Assembly: GCA_001949185.1 (NCBI GenBank)
Contig: BDGG01000008.1
Location: 1,426,001 to 1,490,000 of the forward strand
DNA from: Ramazzottius varieornatus
Lineage: Eukaryota > Animalia > Tardigrada
Reading direction: 5' to 3'
DNA length: 64,000 nucleotides
In this document: one piece after another, positions 23,701 through 39,535 of the stretch
Numbering within the stretch: the first letter of the stretch is position 1
Layout: every line of letters starts with the position of its first letter
Translations under genes and position numbers: made by a program
Notes under the pieces: model-generated
Database searches by the model: none
Told to the model about the DNA's origin: nothing
Seen by the model: only the letters and a program-made list of their open reading frames with translations

Positions 23701-25033
23701 TCAAGGTTAACTTGACAGAAACACAGGTTTCCTCCTTGTTCTTGTCGTCGTACCAAGGCCGGCTGATCTCGCGACAAGTAAGAAACATGGCAATATTTCC
23801 TGACCGAAGTGACAGCCGGATGAAAGTGGCAGCTGCTGGTAATTGATCAACTTGTAATAATGTAGTTCGCCGTTGCCAAAGAAAAGCCGGAAGACGGAAA
23901 CGCCAAAGTGCGCTTTGTCGTGCCTTTCCCACTGGGTTCCGCTTCCGGTTCAGACGGTCACATTACGCTGATCAACCCTGACATTGCCCAGGACAAGCCT
24001 GGACATGAGTTTGTCGTGCCAGTCCAGAAGAATAACGCCACAGACCAGAGCGACACTGGCGTACTGGATGACGTCACCGCGGACATCGACCAGGGATGGT
24101 AGGCCTTTCGTTCTTGTCACCGTACGCTTTTGTCTCACCGATAAATTCCCAGAAAACCTGTCTTCTACCAGGTATGATCTGCACACTTCGACCGAAGATG
24201 CGGAGAAGGTTTCAACGACCACAAAACAGCAGCAGCTGGACCTTCCTAATGGCGGTGTGTACACCATTGTGCTCAAGCAAAACGCTTCAGCTGGCGCACG
24301 CATGTGGGAGCGATATGTCATTGTCGAACCCAATACACTCAGTATATTCTGGCAGGTGGGCAAACCCTCGATTTGACACTTCGATCAGTTGTGTACGAGT
24401 CAACCATGCGAATTGTCACCCATGCTCCCTCCAATTTTAGTTTCCTCAGTATTTTGTGATAACAGTCGGCGAGGTTTTCCTATCGGTCAGCGGGCTGACT
24501 TTTGCATACGCGGAGGTGAGCATGTCTCAGAATCTCTTTTCACAGTTTACCAAGCGTTGCGGCATTTAGACTTGTATAATCCATGCGGATTACTGCATTC
24601 TAGGCCCCGGAATCTATGAAATCCGTCCTTCAGGCTGCGTGGCTCCTGACGTCGGCGTTCGGTAGTGTCATAGTCATGATTTTCAGTGGCGCACATCTGA
24701 TACGGAGCCAGGTACTACACACCAGTCCCTACCAGTCAATAGAATATGATCAAGCTTTCAAGAACGCTAATGGCCACACTCGGGTCTTGCTGGACGTGCC
24801 CAAAACGAAGTCAATCTTTGCAGGCAGTCGAGTTTTTTGTGTTCGCTGGAATTATTGGAGTATTCGCCCTAATCTTTGCTCTCATGGCAAACACATACCA
24901 CTACAAGGAGAAAGATGGAGGATCCATTGAAATGGCTGATGGACTGCCAGCTTTGCAACCCCGTGGCTCTAGCTCAAGTGAAGCGGAACTCATCCCAGAA
25001 GCTACGGCGGATGCCGAACAGTTCAAAAGATAA
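20739..25033 (+). CDS. Proton-coupled oligopeptide transporter (SLC15/PepT1-PepT2-like, POT family), multi-exon
   Basis: POT signature EFCERFSYYGMK, plus IAIGTGGIKPCVAAYGADQF, FYFAINAGSLIS, CYSLAFGVPAILM, PIPMFWALFDQQGSRWTLQA, a large extracellular loop and APESMKSVLQAAWLLT. Stop at 25033. Confidence 0.93.
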
Positions 25034-25256
25034 GGAAAGAAGAGTCTTTTAGTCAGTGTTGTACAGGATCTTTTGATTGTTGAACCGAGCGTAAAGTTTC
25101 GAAATTTGATCTGTGTTATGGAAGCTTGATCATTCCGATCAAAGAATAAGTAGGCCAGTTTAGTCTCAGCAGGAAGAGTCTATACCGATCAGTGCGATCG
25201 AATGTACAGTCTATAAAAAGCTGAAAGTGGATTATTTTTGAGCTACAGAGAACCAT

Positions 25257-26767
25257 TCAACTTAAAAACCTCAAGCTGAGCCGATTATCGACGTCGCTTT
25301 CCTCCATTGCAGTGAAAAACTCCTGCAGAGTTATAAAGCCATCACCGTCTTCATCGTTCTCCAGTAAGGTCCGCTCAGCTATGCTTTGCAACTGCAAATA
25401 TTGATGAACGCATTAAGCTAATGCAGGAAATCGAGAGCTTCAGGCTAGAGACGCCATCTCGTCGCCGACGAGATCAGGCACCTGGGTAAGGGCACTCGCC
25501 GTATCCAAAACTTTGCTGTGTGCCTTCGGTGCACCATGCTTAAATCCAAATATTCACAAATTTTTACCTTAAAGCTATGGTTGTCTATTTCTTTCCGTTC
25601 AAATACATTTTTTGCCAACCCGCCTGGCGAGTTGAAGCACCAGCCCCACGTCCAACTCACTAGTTTTCTACGTATACACGGTTTTCTGACCCACGATATG
25701 CTAAGTAATATCCACCTCTTGGAAAAAGCTCAGCATTTTCTTGATCAAGTGTCAGCCAGCTCTGGTTCAGAGAGATCGCTATGTACCGCATGGAGTCCAG
25801 ATCCAACCTTTAGATCTCCAGTTTCTAAAATGTGCTAAGTTGAGAGAAATAAACGGTAGTCAGCGGTATACCTGATCATCCGGAATGTTGACGCCCACCA
25901 TCATTTGCAGAACCGTCAAAATCTCCGCCACGGATACTTTCTCGTCATCATTCAAGTCGTACATTTGAAAGGCAAAGCGTAGCTTATTCTCACGGGTGTT
26001 CAATACTGCCTCTTTGGTTTTCTGTATAGGTCGGAAGACGGACAAGATTTCGACAAACTTCCGGAAATTGACTCGATCATCCGGCCTAGAAGACACCGAC
26101 ACGTGCAGTAAAGGACCAAGCAACCATCGCATCCGAGCTATTTTTAACCATCTGGAAGACTCTGAACCTCAGACAGACTCACGTGTTTTTGAAGAAAGAA
26201 TGGACGATTCGATCGCCTAATGGATTTATTGCTAGTTCAGGGATCCTCAGAAAGTCCGCTCGGCTGTAAAGAGCAAAATATTGATAGATTAGAGCTGATT
26301 CAACTTGAAGCAACATCAGTAAGCCAGAAGGTGAAACGACTGTTCCCAGTTCACACCACGCAAAAGTCACTTATGTCAGGCGAGAACCATAGCTCCGTTA
26401 ATTGTTGATTACCTCAAAGTTCCCGAGTTATCCTTGTCCAGGCTCGTGAACCGACTGTATAGTCTCACGATCTGGTTCGGAGTAACTGCAAAGCAATGCA
26501 AGCTTGGTCAAAGTTAACATATGCTATCCGAGAAATAGGTCTTTCAAAGAGTGTTCTACGGTTCAATGCAGTTACTCCCCCCAAACTGTTGGCTGAACAG
26601 CCTCCGGGTTTCTGAGTGCGGCTAAACGTAGCGTAGGGAGCGCACATCGAATATTACATCTTAATTGCTCTCCGTCGATTTCAAACCAAACTGCACTTAC
26701 AGCCACTTTCTTTTCCGATCTGTTCGAGCTCCTTCTTATCCAGCATAATAGTCGCCCGGTTTCCCAT
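25257..26767 (-). CDS. CHP1: Calcineurin B homologous protein (EF-hand, N-myristoylation MG start)
   Basis: Spliced MGNRATIML…GFTPNQIVRLYSRFTSLDK…ADFLRIPELAINPLGDRIV…VNFRKFVEILSVFRP…NTRENKLRFAFQMYDL…LQMMVGVNI…QLQSIAERTLLENDEDGDGFI…LSLRFLS*. Confidence 0.92.
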
Positions 26768-27271
26768 TCTCAACAATCTGATTTCGTTCAGAAAATTTTA
26801 GTATTGACGCACGGATTTCAGTTTTATAAAGAGCAGCCAGGCAGGGTTCCCACATGTACATACGCACCCGAGATGAGTCTACAGTATATGGGTCGTTAGC
26901 AGACTCGCTATTCAAAGTCAAATAAATGTTTATTCCCGCTGTTTTGCACGAACGGTCCCATGCACAGGGTACATCACCATACAACCAGCGATCGATAATA
27001 AATTACAATCCAGAGGTTGATACAGCGCTCGAGCAGAGCAAGAAATCGGATTAACGTAGGAATAAGCCAATTGGAAGGGAGCACGTGGGCGGAGCCGAAC
27101 CGACAACCCACTAATGTGCTCGGTGCTTAATTCCCGAGTAAGGCATATGGGCCGTTACTCGAGTGCGTAAGAAATCCGAGTAACGTTCCAACCAAGCTTT
27201 GCTGTGGATATTTCTTCCCAAAAGTTTTTTAGAACCTCAGATTTGCTTTCAAGACGTCCCACCGAGGTGCC

Positions 27272-27535
27272 AACTGCCCCTCTAACTGCATCTTTCAGGG
27301 TTTAACGTCGGTTATTAATTATTCGTCAAAATATAGCAACGACTGCACGCTTGACTGTGACTTTGTCAACCTAGAAAACAACAAAAATCTCAGTCTGACT
27401 GTGAGTGTAACTGTGGCTTTCGAAAATTTGATGAGACTGCAACTTCAACTGCGACTTTTGCCACACTAAGAACTGTGTCTCTAACTGTGGCTTTTGCCAC
27501 TTTCTGGATTTTACTTTGCCTTTAACTGCTGCTTT
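27272..27535. repeat. Six copies of a 24-bp bipartite motif RACTGY-N6-RACTGY-NNCTTT with unique spacers
   Basis: Copies start at 27272, 27341, 27397, 27435, 27471 and 27512 (first hexamer degenerate in the last). Two are followed by TGCCAC. Confidence 0.7.
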
Positions 27536-29269
27536 TCGTATCAAGATTCACTTGAGCTTTAAGCAGTCGGAACTGGAAATCACTTTTTCCGTTGCTGTAT
27601 CAGAACTGGAACTTCGTGTGATTTGACATCGCATCTTACCAAAACGTTATTAATTACGAAAACTGATGGAGGTTTTGCAAACCCTTCCGGAGAAGTAAAG
27701 CTAATCGGCTGGATCGCGAAGCGGGTCTCAGCCTTAGCCGATTAGAGTAAGGAATGGGAGGGGCCAAAGTCTTACGCTACTCGGATTTCTTGCGCTGCTC
27801 GAGTTCCGTATCAACCTCTCTAATATCATTGGCTGTAATTTTGGATCAGTCGCAATAACTTTTCCACATGAAAGACTTGCTGCAGAAAATGATGGCAAAT
27901 GAAACGCCCGCATCAAGTCCCTGACAATCCCAGAAAGATAATGAATATACACTGCGGTACGTCAATCACGATTTGATTCCCACCGAGAGCTCGATGAACA
28001 CACGGCTGGAAAGCCATATGGTTTCTCTCGAGCACAAGGGCGCTGATGCAGTAGAGGAAGAAATGAAAGCGTCGTACGGTCCGGCGGAAGCACAATCTGC
28101 CCTGCAGTTCGCTAATCGTTCTGAGTACGAGTCATGTACCATATGCGCTAATCTTATTTTCACACTTAGGCAAACATTGGTGATACGATCGTCTCTTTTG
28201 AGATAATTAAAGTCATCACCCAATCTATCAGACGTGATCATGTCGACGTATCCAGGCACACTCTGTGTCGACTGTGAACCTTGGTCTGTTGATTTGCTGT
28301 CGATAAAAATAGGGCCTTTGGCATATTTAGCACTTCAAATACAGCATGTTTACTCTGAGCGACAGCATTAATCGCTTTGCGGCCACGCCCAAAGACCGAC
28401 GCCGCACTGGTGAACCATAGAGTTCTGTACGGATCAGCTTCTTTGAGTCCTGACCCGGAAGCCCGCCGAGTTCTACGAGTCTGTACGAGCAAAGGAGACG
28501 AGTGGTCTTTGATACTGACCATGAACGTCTTGCGATAGTGATCTGTCCTGTCTGATGACAGCCGGTACGAGAAAACGATGTCGACTAGGGGTTGATCTGC
28601 TGAAGCGTTAATTGGATTTGACAGATGAGGAAGCCCCTTATAGGGATACCTTAACATACAGTACGACACGGAAGAACTGAAGAAAAAGACTCCATAACTG
28701 GATGGCCAATCGTAACACGCCACCCAACCTGTGAGAAACAACCAAGAGCTTCCTGGAAAATGAATGGTGTAAGACTGTTTTTTTTCTTTAGCAGCTTGCA
28801 ACCAGGGGATCTTTTTATCTTCGCTACAACGCATTGATTTCTGACACTAAACTTCCGGTCGTGTAAACTCATGGATAAATAATCCAGGACAGAGAATCAG
28901 GCACGAGAGGCCATCAGGCAAAACTACTACCGCTGCCGATAACAAGATAGACGGATGATCCGAAAACCTGACGACAGGTGGCGACAGCAGTGGAAAACCC
29001 TTTCCTCATTTTCTTGCATAAATTACCATCACGAGTCACGACTGCACAATCGATATCATCCATACGTTACCAAGAGCACAACATATCAACAGACCATCAT
29101 GAAGTGCCAATTGATCTCCCGTATACGTCATATGCAGACAGCCTTGTCCAAAGAAGAAAATGTAATCTAAGATGTTTCACACAACAACAATAAATAATTT
29201 ATTTGTATTTTGTTATCTTACCCAGAAAACAGATGGACGAATAAAAAGAAGACTATGCAGAGAATTTCT

Positions 29270-31340
<2,071 letters not shown>

Positions 31341-31684
31341 CCTGATGTCGGTGTTCAAGCAAACCTTCAGGGAGGAGGAAGAAACATTCGCCAGGTGACA
31401 AATGTGAAGGCTTCGTTCGAGAAAAAACCGTAAAATGAAATGAAATGTGGGAGTCTATGACGTATTGTTTTGACACTTTTTCACGCTGACGCATGGTAAT
31501 GAACCGGCACCACGTGCCAACATGCGTAACGTCCAAGAACACGTGACAACCAACTGGGCCGGGGGATTTCCCAACAAGAATTTTCCAACAGGGGGGGGGG
31601 GAGGAGCAGTTTTCCCTGTGGTGCTTATGTCGCACAAAAACTGGAAAATATTCCTTCCAGAATGACTTCCGGTTCCAGATCCTA

Positions 31685-32769
31685 ATGGTGCTTCGTTTAC
31701 ATATTCATCGTTTGCTCCGCGTGGCATTTACATATCCTGCGGCCTATGGGACTCCATCAGCATCACGTCAAATGCATGTCCAAATTCCGAGAATGGCCAG
31801 CAGAAACTCGGACAACAAACCGAAGCTTCTCAGGTACAAAAATCGTATTCTTGAGTTTTTTAATGTGCGAAAAGATGGAAGAATCTCGTGTTAGTCAGGA
31901 GGAGGCTACGAAAATTGACAAAGAGCTCTTCGACGACTACCAGTTCTCAGTGGATCAGCTGATGGAGTTAGCCGGTCTCAGTTGCGCCACCGCGATTGCG
32001 AAGTCTTATCCGGTGGCTCCTTCCGGTGCGAATAAAGTCCTCGTTTGTTGCGGACCCGGAAACAATGGAGGTGATGGGCTGGTCTGCGCTCGACATTTGA
32101 AACTCTTCGTAAGCGAACGTAGAAAAACTGAATTCAGCCGTCTGTCCGTGGCGTCACACAGATTATGTACATTATATGCGTAATGTGACGGCATCGTTTT
32201 TTAACCGCAGTGACGCCATACGCAACACTTTTTATTATTTTTGTGGCTTAGGGATACGACCCGGAAGTGTACTATCCGAAACCTACCGACAAAGATCTTT
32301 ATAATAGACTGTGTACTCAATGCAAGAAAATGAACATCTCGTTCGTCTCAAACCTACCTGACGCCGGCCACACCGATGAATCCTACGCGTTGATCGTGGA
32401 CGCTCTCTTCGGATTCAGCTTCAAACCACCTGTACGGGACGAGTTCAAACCCGCCATCGCGCTCCTCAAAGAAACGAAGGTCCCGGTTTGCAGTATTGAC
32501 ATCCCCTCTGGTAAATTTCTAAGGTTCGTAGTGACTTCGTCCTTCTTACTTATTCGCTCTTCATAGGCTGGGATGTCGAGAAAGGCGACCAAGACGGGTT
32601 CCAGCCCGCATGTTTAATCTCTCTAACAGCACCGAAGAAATGCGCAGAGAGCTTCAAAGGAGAGCACCACTGGCTTGGTGGTCGGTTTATTCCAGAAGCA
32701 CTTGGAAAGAAGTACAAACTTGAGCTGCCGGAATACCCTGGAACCGACTGTGTTGTAAGACTGTCGTGA
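31685..32769 (+). CDS. NAXE: NAD(P)H-hydrate epimerase (YjeF-N) with N-terminal mitochondrial-type presequence
   Basis: Intron 31834-31894 joins …KPKLL|[13 protein letters not shown]. Motifs [64 protein letters not shown] and HWLGGRF. TGA 32767-32769. Confidence 0.93.
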
Positions 32770-33382
32770 CAATTTCAATTTCACATGCACGTCTAGATTT
32801 TTAAATTCGTTTCTTTCGGTCTAATCTATCATGCTAATTTAGTGGACGCGGTTTTTTAGGTTTTAGACTTTAATAAATTATTGGCGAGAAAAAATTGATG
32901 ACTTGTAAGACGCAAGGATAAACTTCTGTACAAAAAGCAAGACGATTATACCAGTTACAAAAAAACACATTTTCAGTACGGCAAAAGTCGATGAGCAAAA
33001 CCTCACTCAAGAGAGGGAAAAAGAAAACGTAAAGTTCCGGAACAGAAATCAACAATCAACATTTGCTGCGAGAGGGAATGGTGCGTACCGTATAGCAGGA
33101 AAGGAACTTTTTTCCTGCAAACTAAATACTGGGTCATTCAGGGAAAATGAAACCAAACCTCCATCAGCTCAGCTGGGAAAATGTTGAAATATTCTAGAGT
33201 TTCAGCATGAAAAACCGAGTGACGGAGGAGCAAAAGCAAGTTACAAAAGAAAGAGATCTTGTCATTCACGGGAATGTGCTTACAAATTAGAGAGCGAGCT
33301 ACACAGCCTTTAAGAAGCTAAAATAGCTCAAATACAGTAATACAGGACTACAAAGGAAGGTTACTCTTTCTTTAGATTACAA

Positions 33383-36300
33383 TCACCGCGTGGCGCCCAG
33401 CGACGCCGACATTTCACAGAAAGACGTCGAGGCAAGCCCCTTCGCCATTTCCAGATGAAGATCCGAGTGAATGTCCGGGGATGAGGAACTCTTTCCGTCA
33501 CCGCACGACATGGCCGAGTGCGGCGTCGATGGTTCTCCATGACCAATCTGCAAAGGTAACAGCAACAGTCGTCAAGCTCAATCTTTCCAGGCTGTTGAAG
33601 GAAGGCTTCATCGAACTTGAAAAGCGAAAATCCAGCCTATCGTACGCCTGCATACAGCAAAGTATGAATGTTCGTTCCCAAGCGTATGCAGGTGGTCGTC
33701 TCATAACGAAGCTAAGTAACGAGTACCTACATACAGACACGACAGCGACAACTGCTTGGTCGTTGTACGCAGGTGTATGATGTCGGGGCAATTTCGTTGT
33801 TTTTTAGCAAAATAAACTGTCAAGTTTGAAGTTTAAACTTTTGATTTTTTCAAGGTTTACTTACACTTCTAGAAGTGCAGACTGGTGTCATGAGCTCGAT
33901 GACATCCTCAAAGTCGAGGGGGACAGTGCCGAAAGACAGATCGATGTGAGCAGGTGTGCCAAGCATGGTAATGTCTTCGAACGAGCGTCGCGTGATGATG
34001 GAGCCGGTGCGTGTCGAGCTACGTCGGTGAGTGCGAAACTGGTCGCGCGGCGGAGTGATCATGGCTGAGATCTCTTCCGAGAAGGCCGTGGGCATGGGAA
34101 AAACCCCGGACACAGGAGATGCACGCAGTCCTTCCGGCGAACCGTCCACCTGGACTATGCCTGGACCTGTCGTGGCCGGAAACATGCTCCCCTCCAACCG
34201 GTGGGCATACTTGCCCTGCATGCTATCCTCACTTCCGGGCTTTAGACACGAGGGAATCGCCATACGCTGTAACGAACAAACCACACAAAATTAACTTCAA
34301 TCTAGTTGAATTTGATCTCTCCGAATTCAAAATTTAGTGCCGGTTATATACAACACGAAAATGTATGGGAGCTCGGCAAAAAAACTCAGCAAGATCGTTC
34401 GTTCCAAGTGGTGCACGCTTTCAGCCAGTAACGCTAGAAGCATACGCCACTCGAAGGAACGATCTTGTTGAGTATGTTTTCCCGACTCCCATGAATGCAG
34501 ACCAGGATGCAGATCAGAAAAAATGCGGGATTGCTTTCAATAAAACTGACTCAAGAATTAGAGCCTGGAAGGAAGATTGATTTAGCGTCACAAAATCTGT
34601 AAACTGACCCCCATCTTATTCTTCAGGTCGACAGCGACTCTGCCCAGACCGCGAAAGGGTCTTGCACTTCGCGGAGTGGCAAAGCCGTGGGTGCCGTTCT
34701 TCTTCTGGCTCTTGTTGAAGGCGATAGGAAGGACAGCGCCGGCGATGTCCGGATGGAAGTGAGGTTGCGGATGAGGGAAGTCCAGCTTCGGCATCGGACT
34801 GTTCTTCCTCAATGTTGCCCAGCTCGCTGAAAGAACAGAGACCCCGCATCGAGACACTACATTTAAATTCTAACGGTGGTTCAAGTCTTACAATCATCGG
34901 CGTCCTGAACTATCGTGGCAGCTGATTCAACCGGGAGGAATGCGTGAGGGTTGACTATGAAGAACTCCATCAAGTACATCATAGCTTGAAACTGTCGTCC
35001 GTCTAGGACGCGCTGTGCGTACGATCCTATGAACAGGTTTGGACAACAGATGGCCAAGTTACGCGCGCTCATTCCATTCTTGTCCGAATCTTTGGCGATG
35101 CTCGACATCACCTATAAAAAAAACTTCCTTCAAGTCCGAAGCCGACTCAGTAAAATTCCGAGGAATATTTGTGAGCAGGCAAACTCGATCAAATTGCTTT
35201 TCACCAACTGGCGCACCACTCAGCCAATAACCGTGCAAACATGTGCCACTGAGAAAATCTGGTCGAGTTTGTTTATAAATGTCAAAACTTCGTGGAACGC
35301 ATTCGGCTTTCGAATAGTTCGACCTTTTGAATAAATCGACCAGATTTTCTCGAACTGCATACCAGAGAAATGTACGCCATGGTTTCTTTGTATCGCTTTG
35401 GTACAAAACTAGCCAGGTGGACTAAGATCCTGCAAGCTTCTTCCTTCGTCAGCTTTCCCGTAGAGAGGCGTTCAAAGACCTTCAGGAAGTAACCCGTAAT
35501 CACATCAGGAAGAAGGGGAGAGGGAAGTTCTCGTGCCCTTCAACGGAAAGAAGATTAACAGGTGAGAACATTGTACACACTGAAAATTTCTACAATAGAG
35601 CCGAAGAAATTCCAAAATTTATATCGACGAAGGCAATTAGTTTTTCTGGTAATGTCAGTCTAAGATATTATGAGATGTTCCAGGCGCACCACTGTTTCAG
35701 CAGACCACAGTAATCGTGAGCGTGAAGGTTGGGGATGGCGTCGAGGGAATTTCCATTTTCAATGGAATCCTGGAATAAGAAAATATTATCCGTATTATTA
35801 CTGTATCTGTTCGATTATTTTGTTTGTTCCAAGAATCCGCAGTGTGGTTCCGATTACTGAATTTTGTAGGTGTGAATAGCGTAGGACTTACAATAGCCAC
35901 TTCAAGGCGTTTCGCGTTGGGAGGGATCCTGAAGAGGCCAGTTGTACCATCGCATTTCAAGAGTCTGTCTCCCAGTTCCTTGATGAACCTAGAAAGTACC
36001 AAAACATCCCCATAAAATGAGAATATGCATTCCTGATACAAGATAAGAGCCTGACAAGAGGAAACCCCAATGGAGGCTAGCGTGCTCAATCTGATAAACC
36101 GCGCGCGCTGATTAGGTTTGCAATTTCTCTGCACAACACAAAGGCCAAAAACAGGATACGCAGAAAAATCAATCTCGACCTCGAATACAAAGAGCCAGTT
36201 CATTGCAACGTTCATTCAGGATGTCTATTCTTTGAGAAAAGATCTTCCTGATTAGAAAAATCATTGGTCAAGAACAGCCCAGGCCAGCTTCGAAAACAGA

Positions 36301-37019
36301 GGACCACACCCAACAGACACTCACCTAGGTACAGGCAGAAGTGCAGGCGGTGCGTTCATGTGTATGTAGGTGCGTGTCGCAATATGCAAGTTTAGCTATT
36401 AAACTGGGTGCCTGCACCCCAAAGACAGCTACCGGGATACAGATCCTCCACGTATAACACGCACACTTCGGATATCTGTGCTTGTCGCAAAAGTGCGCAG
36501 AGCCCCTGATTACCGCGCGGTGGTTACGGTAAGCAAGCAATCAACTGGAACTCCCGCAATTTCCGAATGGTGGGAAAAATCACGTTTTTTAGACAGCTAA
36601 CCAATATTCTCCTTGAAAAAAAATATGTAAAGTAGATACAGCACTTACGCAGGAATAGTCACACGGTAGGATCGACGTTTGTACTCGATAAGAGCCGGTG
36701 CAGGCTTGAGAGATTCCAAGGGAAGGCCAAAGACGAAGGCGTCCGACTTCGCTATCGATGGAACTTCGGGCATATTCTTTGACGCGACGAAGTCCACTTC
36801 GTCTCGTAATTTCTGGAAACAAAGCATCTATTCTTCCACCGAGCACAGCAAACATAAACGTATAATCCACAGGAAGAAAGCGAATTATTTGAACGTAAGA
36901 AAACCCACTTGCGCTTTATCCAAGTTTTTCCTCAGCAGTTTCGGATCATCTCCGAGCTTTCTCGACAGGATCTTCACGGAAGCCACCGGATCCTCCATCG
37001 CCGTGCAGCACGATGTCAT
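33383..37019 (-). CDS. RhoGAP-domain protein with low-complexity C-terminus, multi-exon
   Basis: VFGLPL, arginine finger GLFRIPPN, HDYCGLLKQWARELPSPLL and NGMSARNLAICCPNLF. Last-exon choice uncertain. Confidence 0.82.
34365..34492. mobile_element. Family A copy 7 (among the most complete), in a RhoGAP intron
   Basis: ATGGGAGCTCGGCAAAAAAACTCAGCAAGATCGTTC…CAAGTGGTGCAC(34405)-N25-ATACGCCACTCG(34453)…GAACGATCTTGTTGAGT…CCGACTCCCAT. Confidence 0.85.
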
Positions 37020-38191
37020 GATGAGGGATGGTCGTAACCTTGAGGCGGAAATGCAGCACAATTTACGATAGAAAGTAAAATGCGAGAGATTGCAACGAAG
37101 GCTGTCAGTATCGAATGAGTCGAGCAGTCAAGCAATCAAGCGTGACTCCCCAATGGATACCATCGTCAGTCACTGCAGCGATTGTTCTACCCGAATGGAC
37201 TAGACCCAATGAACAATTTGTCCGTGACTGCTGGCACAACAAGAGCGTGCCACACCTCGGTTGCGTGGTACTTACTGGCTCGTCTTTCGTCCTTGAGGAG
37301 GCTGTAAGTGATACCGGTACGTGGGATCAGCCGGGAAGAGACCAATTGGGACCTGGAATGAGTCCCAGATCGATACTTTCTGCAAGAGAGTTGTGACAGG
37401 CGACTATTCATAGAGGACCTCTCCCTGACAGACACTCAGCTTCACCAGGCATGCAACGATACTAATCAGTTAAACGGCCCTTGCCATAAAATAAATTTCA
37501 TAACAGGAAGATATGAACGGAAATGAGGATGGAAAAATGCGATTAACGCGAGAGCGAAAAATGCTGCGATGGAATCCGCAATGAACCACAAAAGAAAAAC
37601 ACACCAACAACCGCCTCGCCATTGCGTTCAATGGACTCATTCGACGAGTCACAGTTCGATAAGGATCACACCTTGACCGAGCCGATATCGAGTCGATTCA
37701 TTCGAAGTCACGAATATGGTGTATACAATGTGACGTCATCCGTGAGTTAACCTGGCTTCATAGATGGCGCTGTCAGCGTCGCCAACTCTAGAAAAAGTGT
37801 TGTGTCTGTCAATCGAAGTTGCTCTTCTGAATTTTTGCCATATCGCTTTTCTACGGTTTCGCCCCATGAAACGCAAAAACCGCAGAAAACACCTCTTGAG
37901 ACTCCTGCGAGCAGGTATACAGCAAGGTTTCCTTCGCAAGAGCAAAATGATGCGAGACATCACGAAAACCTAGTCGCTATGTGCGGAAGAATCGGAAAGA
38001 ATTTTGTAAAGTGGCAAACAACAACTAATCGATGTAAATGTCCTGATTTGTATTCTGAAAGGTGCAATCTATAAACGATGCCAGCAAAACAAGTGACAGA
38101 GATATCGAGAAAGGGGGAAAATATTTCAACCTGGTTCTTCCAGCTGCTGATGACCGTCACTGCTCTCCTGCTGTGCCCAATTCTAATAACT

Positions 38192-39295
38192 CTACACGAT
38201 GAGCTTGTAGGCGTACTTTGCGAACATGGGAAGGCTGCAAGATAAAGACAAGTTGTCAGTAACTCTATTTAACCCTGGGGGACTTCACAGATGATTTCTA
38301 CAACGTTATTCTTACGTGGCCAGAAGCATCGCGCCCGACGGCATGAATTTCCATCCAACAGCATAACGTTTCCCAAATACAGCCGCTATAACTCCAGTGA
38401 CAACTGCAGACAAAACAATTTGATACCAGCATCCAGAGACCCATTGACCTGAACATTCAGAGGTAAAAGAAGGATCAACTCGCACGTACTTGTGGATAAC
38501 AATGTGTTGGCCGCGTTCAAGGTGACTAGGTAAGCTCCATAAGCAAGCAGGAACGAGAATATCAACCCCATTGCCAGTGACACGTGGCTTTCTGCAAAGA
38601 AGAAAGAATTCCGCACATTTACATACTCGTACGAAAATGAGTCGAGCAGTTTGCGCTAGGTTTCCGCTAGGCCATTGCCTGGACGATACTCCAGGTTAAA
38701 TAAAGGTTCGGGCCAGGAATACGTCACAGCAGTCTGGTGACGCCTCCAGAGGTGTGGTTTGAACTTTTTCAAAGTCAAAAATTCGTTTCATTTCCGGAGG
38801 AGAAAATCGCCTGTTCGAGTTGGTTAGTGCTTTCTGGCTCAGTGGTATAGCAGTTGTCCTCAAGTTAGGTGTTTGAACCGTTGCCTTGCAGCTCGTGGTA
38901 GGATCAGCGGTCATTCATGCCTCGTCGCGTCTTTTTTGCGTTTTAAAGGGTGGAACCCACTGATCGAGGAAACCTGGCGGTTAGGACCGCGCTCGACCAG
39001 CGAGCGCACAATACGTTTCAAGGCGGAGGATAGGTGTAAGCACCAACCCGTGTGGGTTTTTGATCTTCGAGCTGCCAGGCTTGAGGTCAGGATTCTTGTC
39101 GCTTGAAAAGTCCTGTATTGAAGCAAGCTGCTAGGCTGGCCGCCAGGCGTATTCTCGTACGAGATAGTACGAGGTTCACGGAAACCCCGTGAAAGAATAC
39201 TGAAACCAATGATGTGAAAACTTACTCTTCCTGATGTAGCCGAAGATTCCACCAAACCCGACCACCGCGGCGAAGATGAATCCAAGGATGTCCAT
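38192..39295 (-). CDS. TMEM14-family small mitochondrial membrane protein, 4 exons
   Basis: Spliced MDILGFIFAAVVGFGGIFGYIRKKSHVSLAMGLIFSFLLAYGAY…FGKRY…KFMPSG…KLIV*, matching the TMEM14 pattern GG.xGY…S.xSL.xG…KFMPxG. Confidence 0.85.
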
Positions 39296-39490
39296 CTCGC
39301 TAGTCGGTACACGTACTCGGTAGTTGTCGAGAAAGTTCTAACAAGGTGGAGAGAGCCGGGAAAAAGGTGAGACTGTGGGACACCCAAAATGTCTGAAGAG
39401 GAGCGCGGAATCACAAGAAAACAAACTGCAAACCGAAAGTTTGGCAAAACCACGCAAAAAATCGTGGAAATTACCCACAGGCTGCAGGTA

Positions 39491-39535
39491 CACAGACAGT
39501 AGTAGACAGACAGTAGTAGACAGACAGTAGTCACA
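39491..39535. repeat. Tandem 14-bp repeat ACAGACAGTAGTAG, about 3 copies
   Basis: cacagacagtagtagacagacagtagtagacagacagtagtcacag, in the TMEM14/NIPP1 divergent interval. Confidence 0.8.

Noticed and set aside
25456-25474. 19-bp palindrome near CTAG resembling a Helitron 3' end
   Set aside because: The CTAG is not followed by T, no matching 5' TC end was identified and there is only one instance.
27272-27535. CRISPR array interpretation of the repeat-spacer pattern
   Set aside because: Repeats are degenerate, spacers vary from 12 to 45 nt, there are no cas genes and the context is eukaryotic.
28238-28834. 198-aa minus-strand ORF downstream of Akt
   Set aside because: Non-ATG start, no motif and no coding-like composition; likely UTR or intergenic.
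38911-39534. 207-aa minus-strand ORF
   Set aside because: Overlaps TMEM14 exon 1 in another frame, plus its intron and a minisatellite; no homology apparent.
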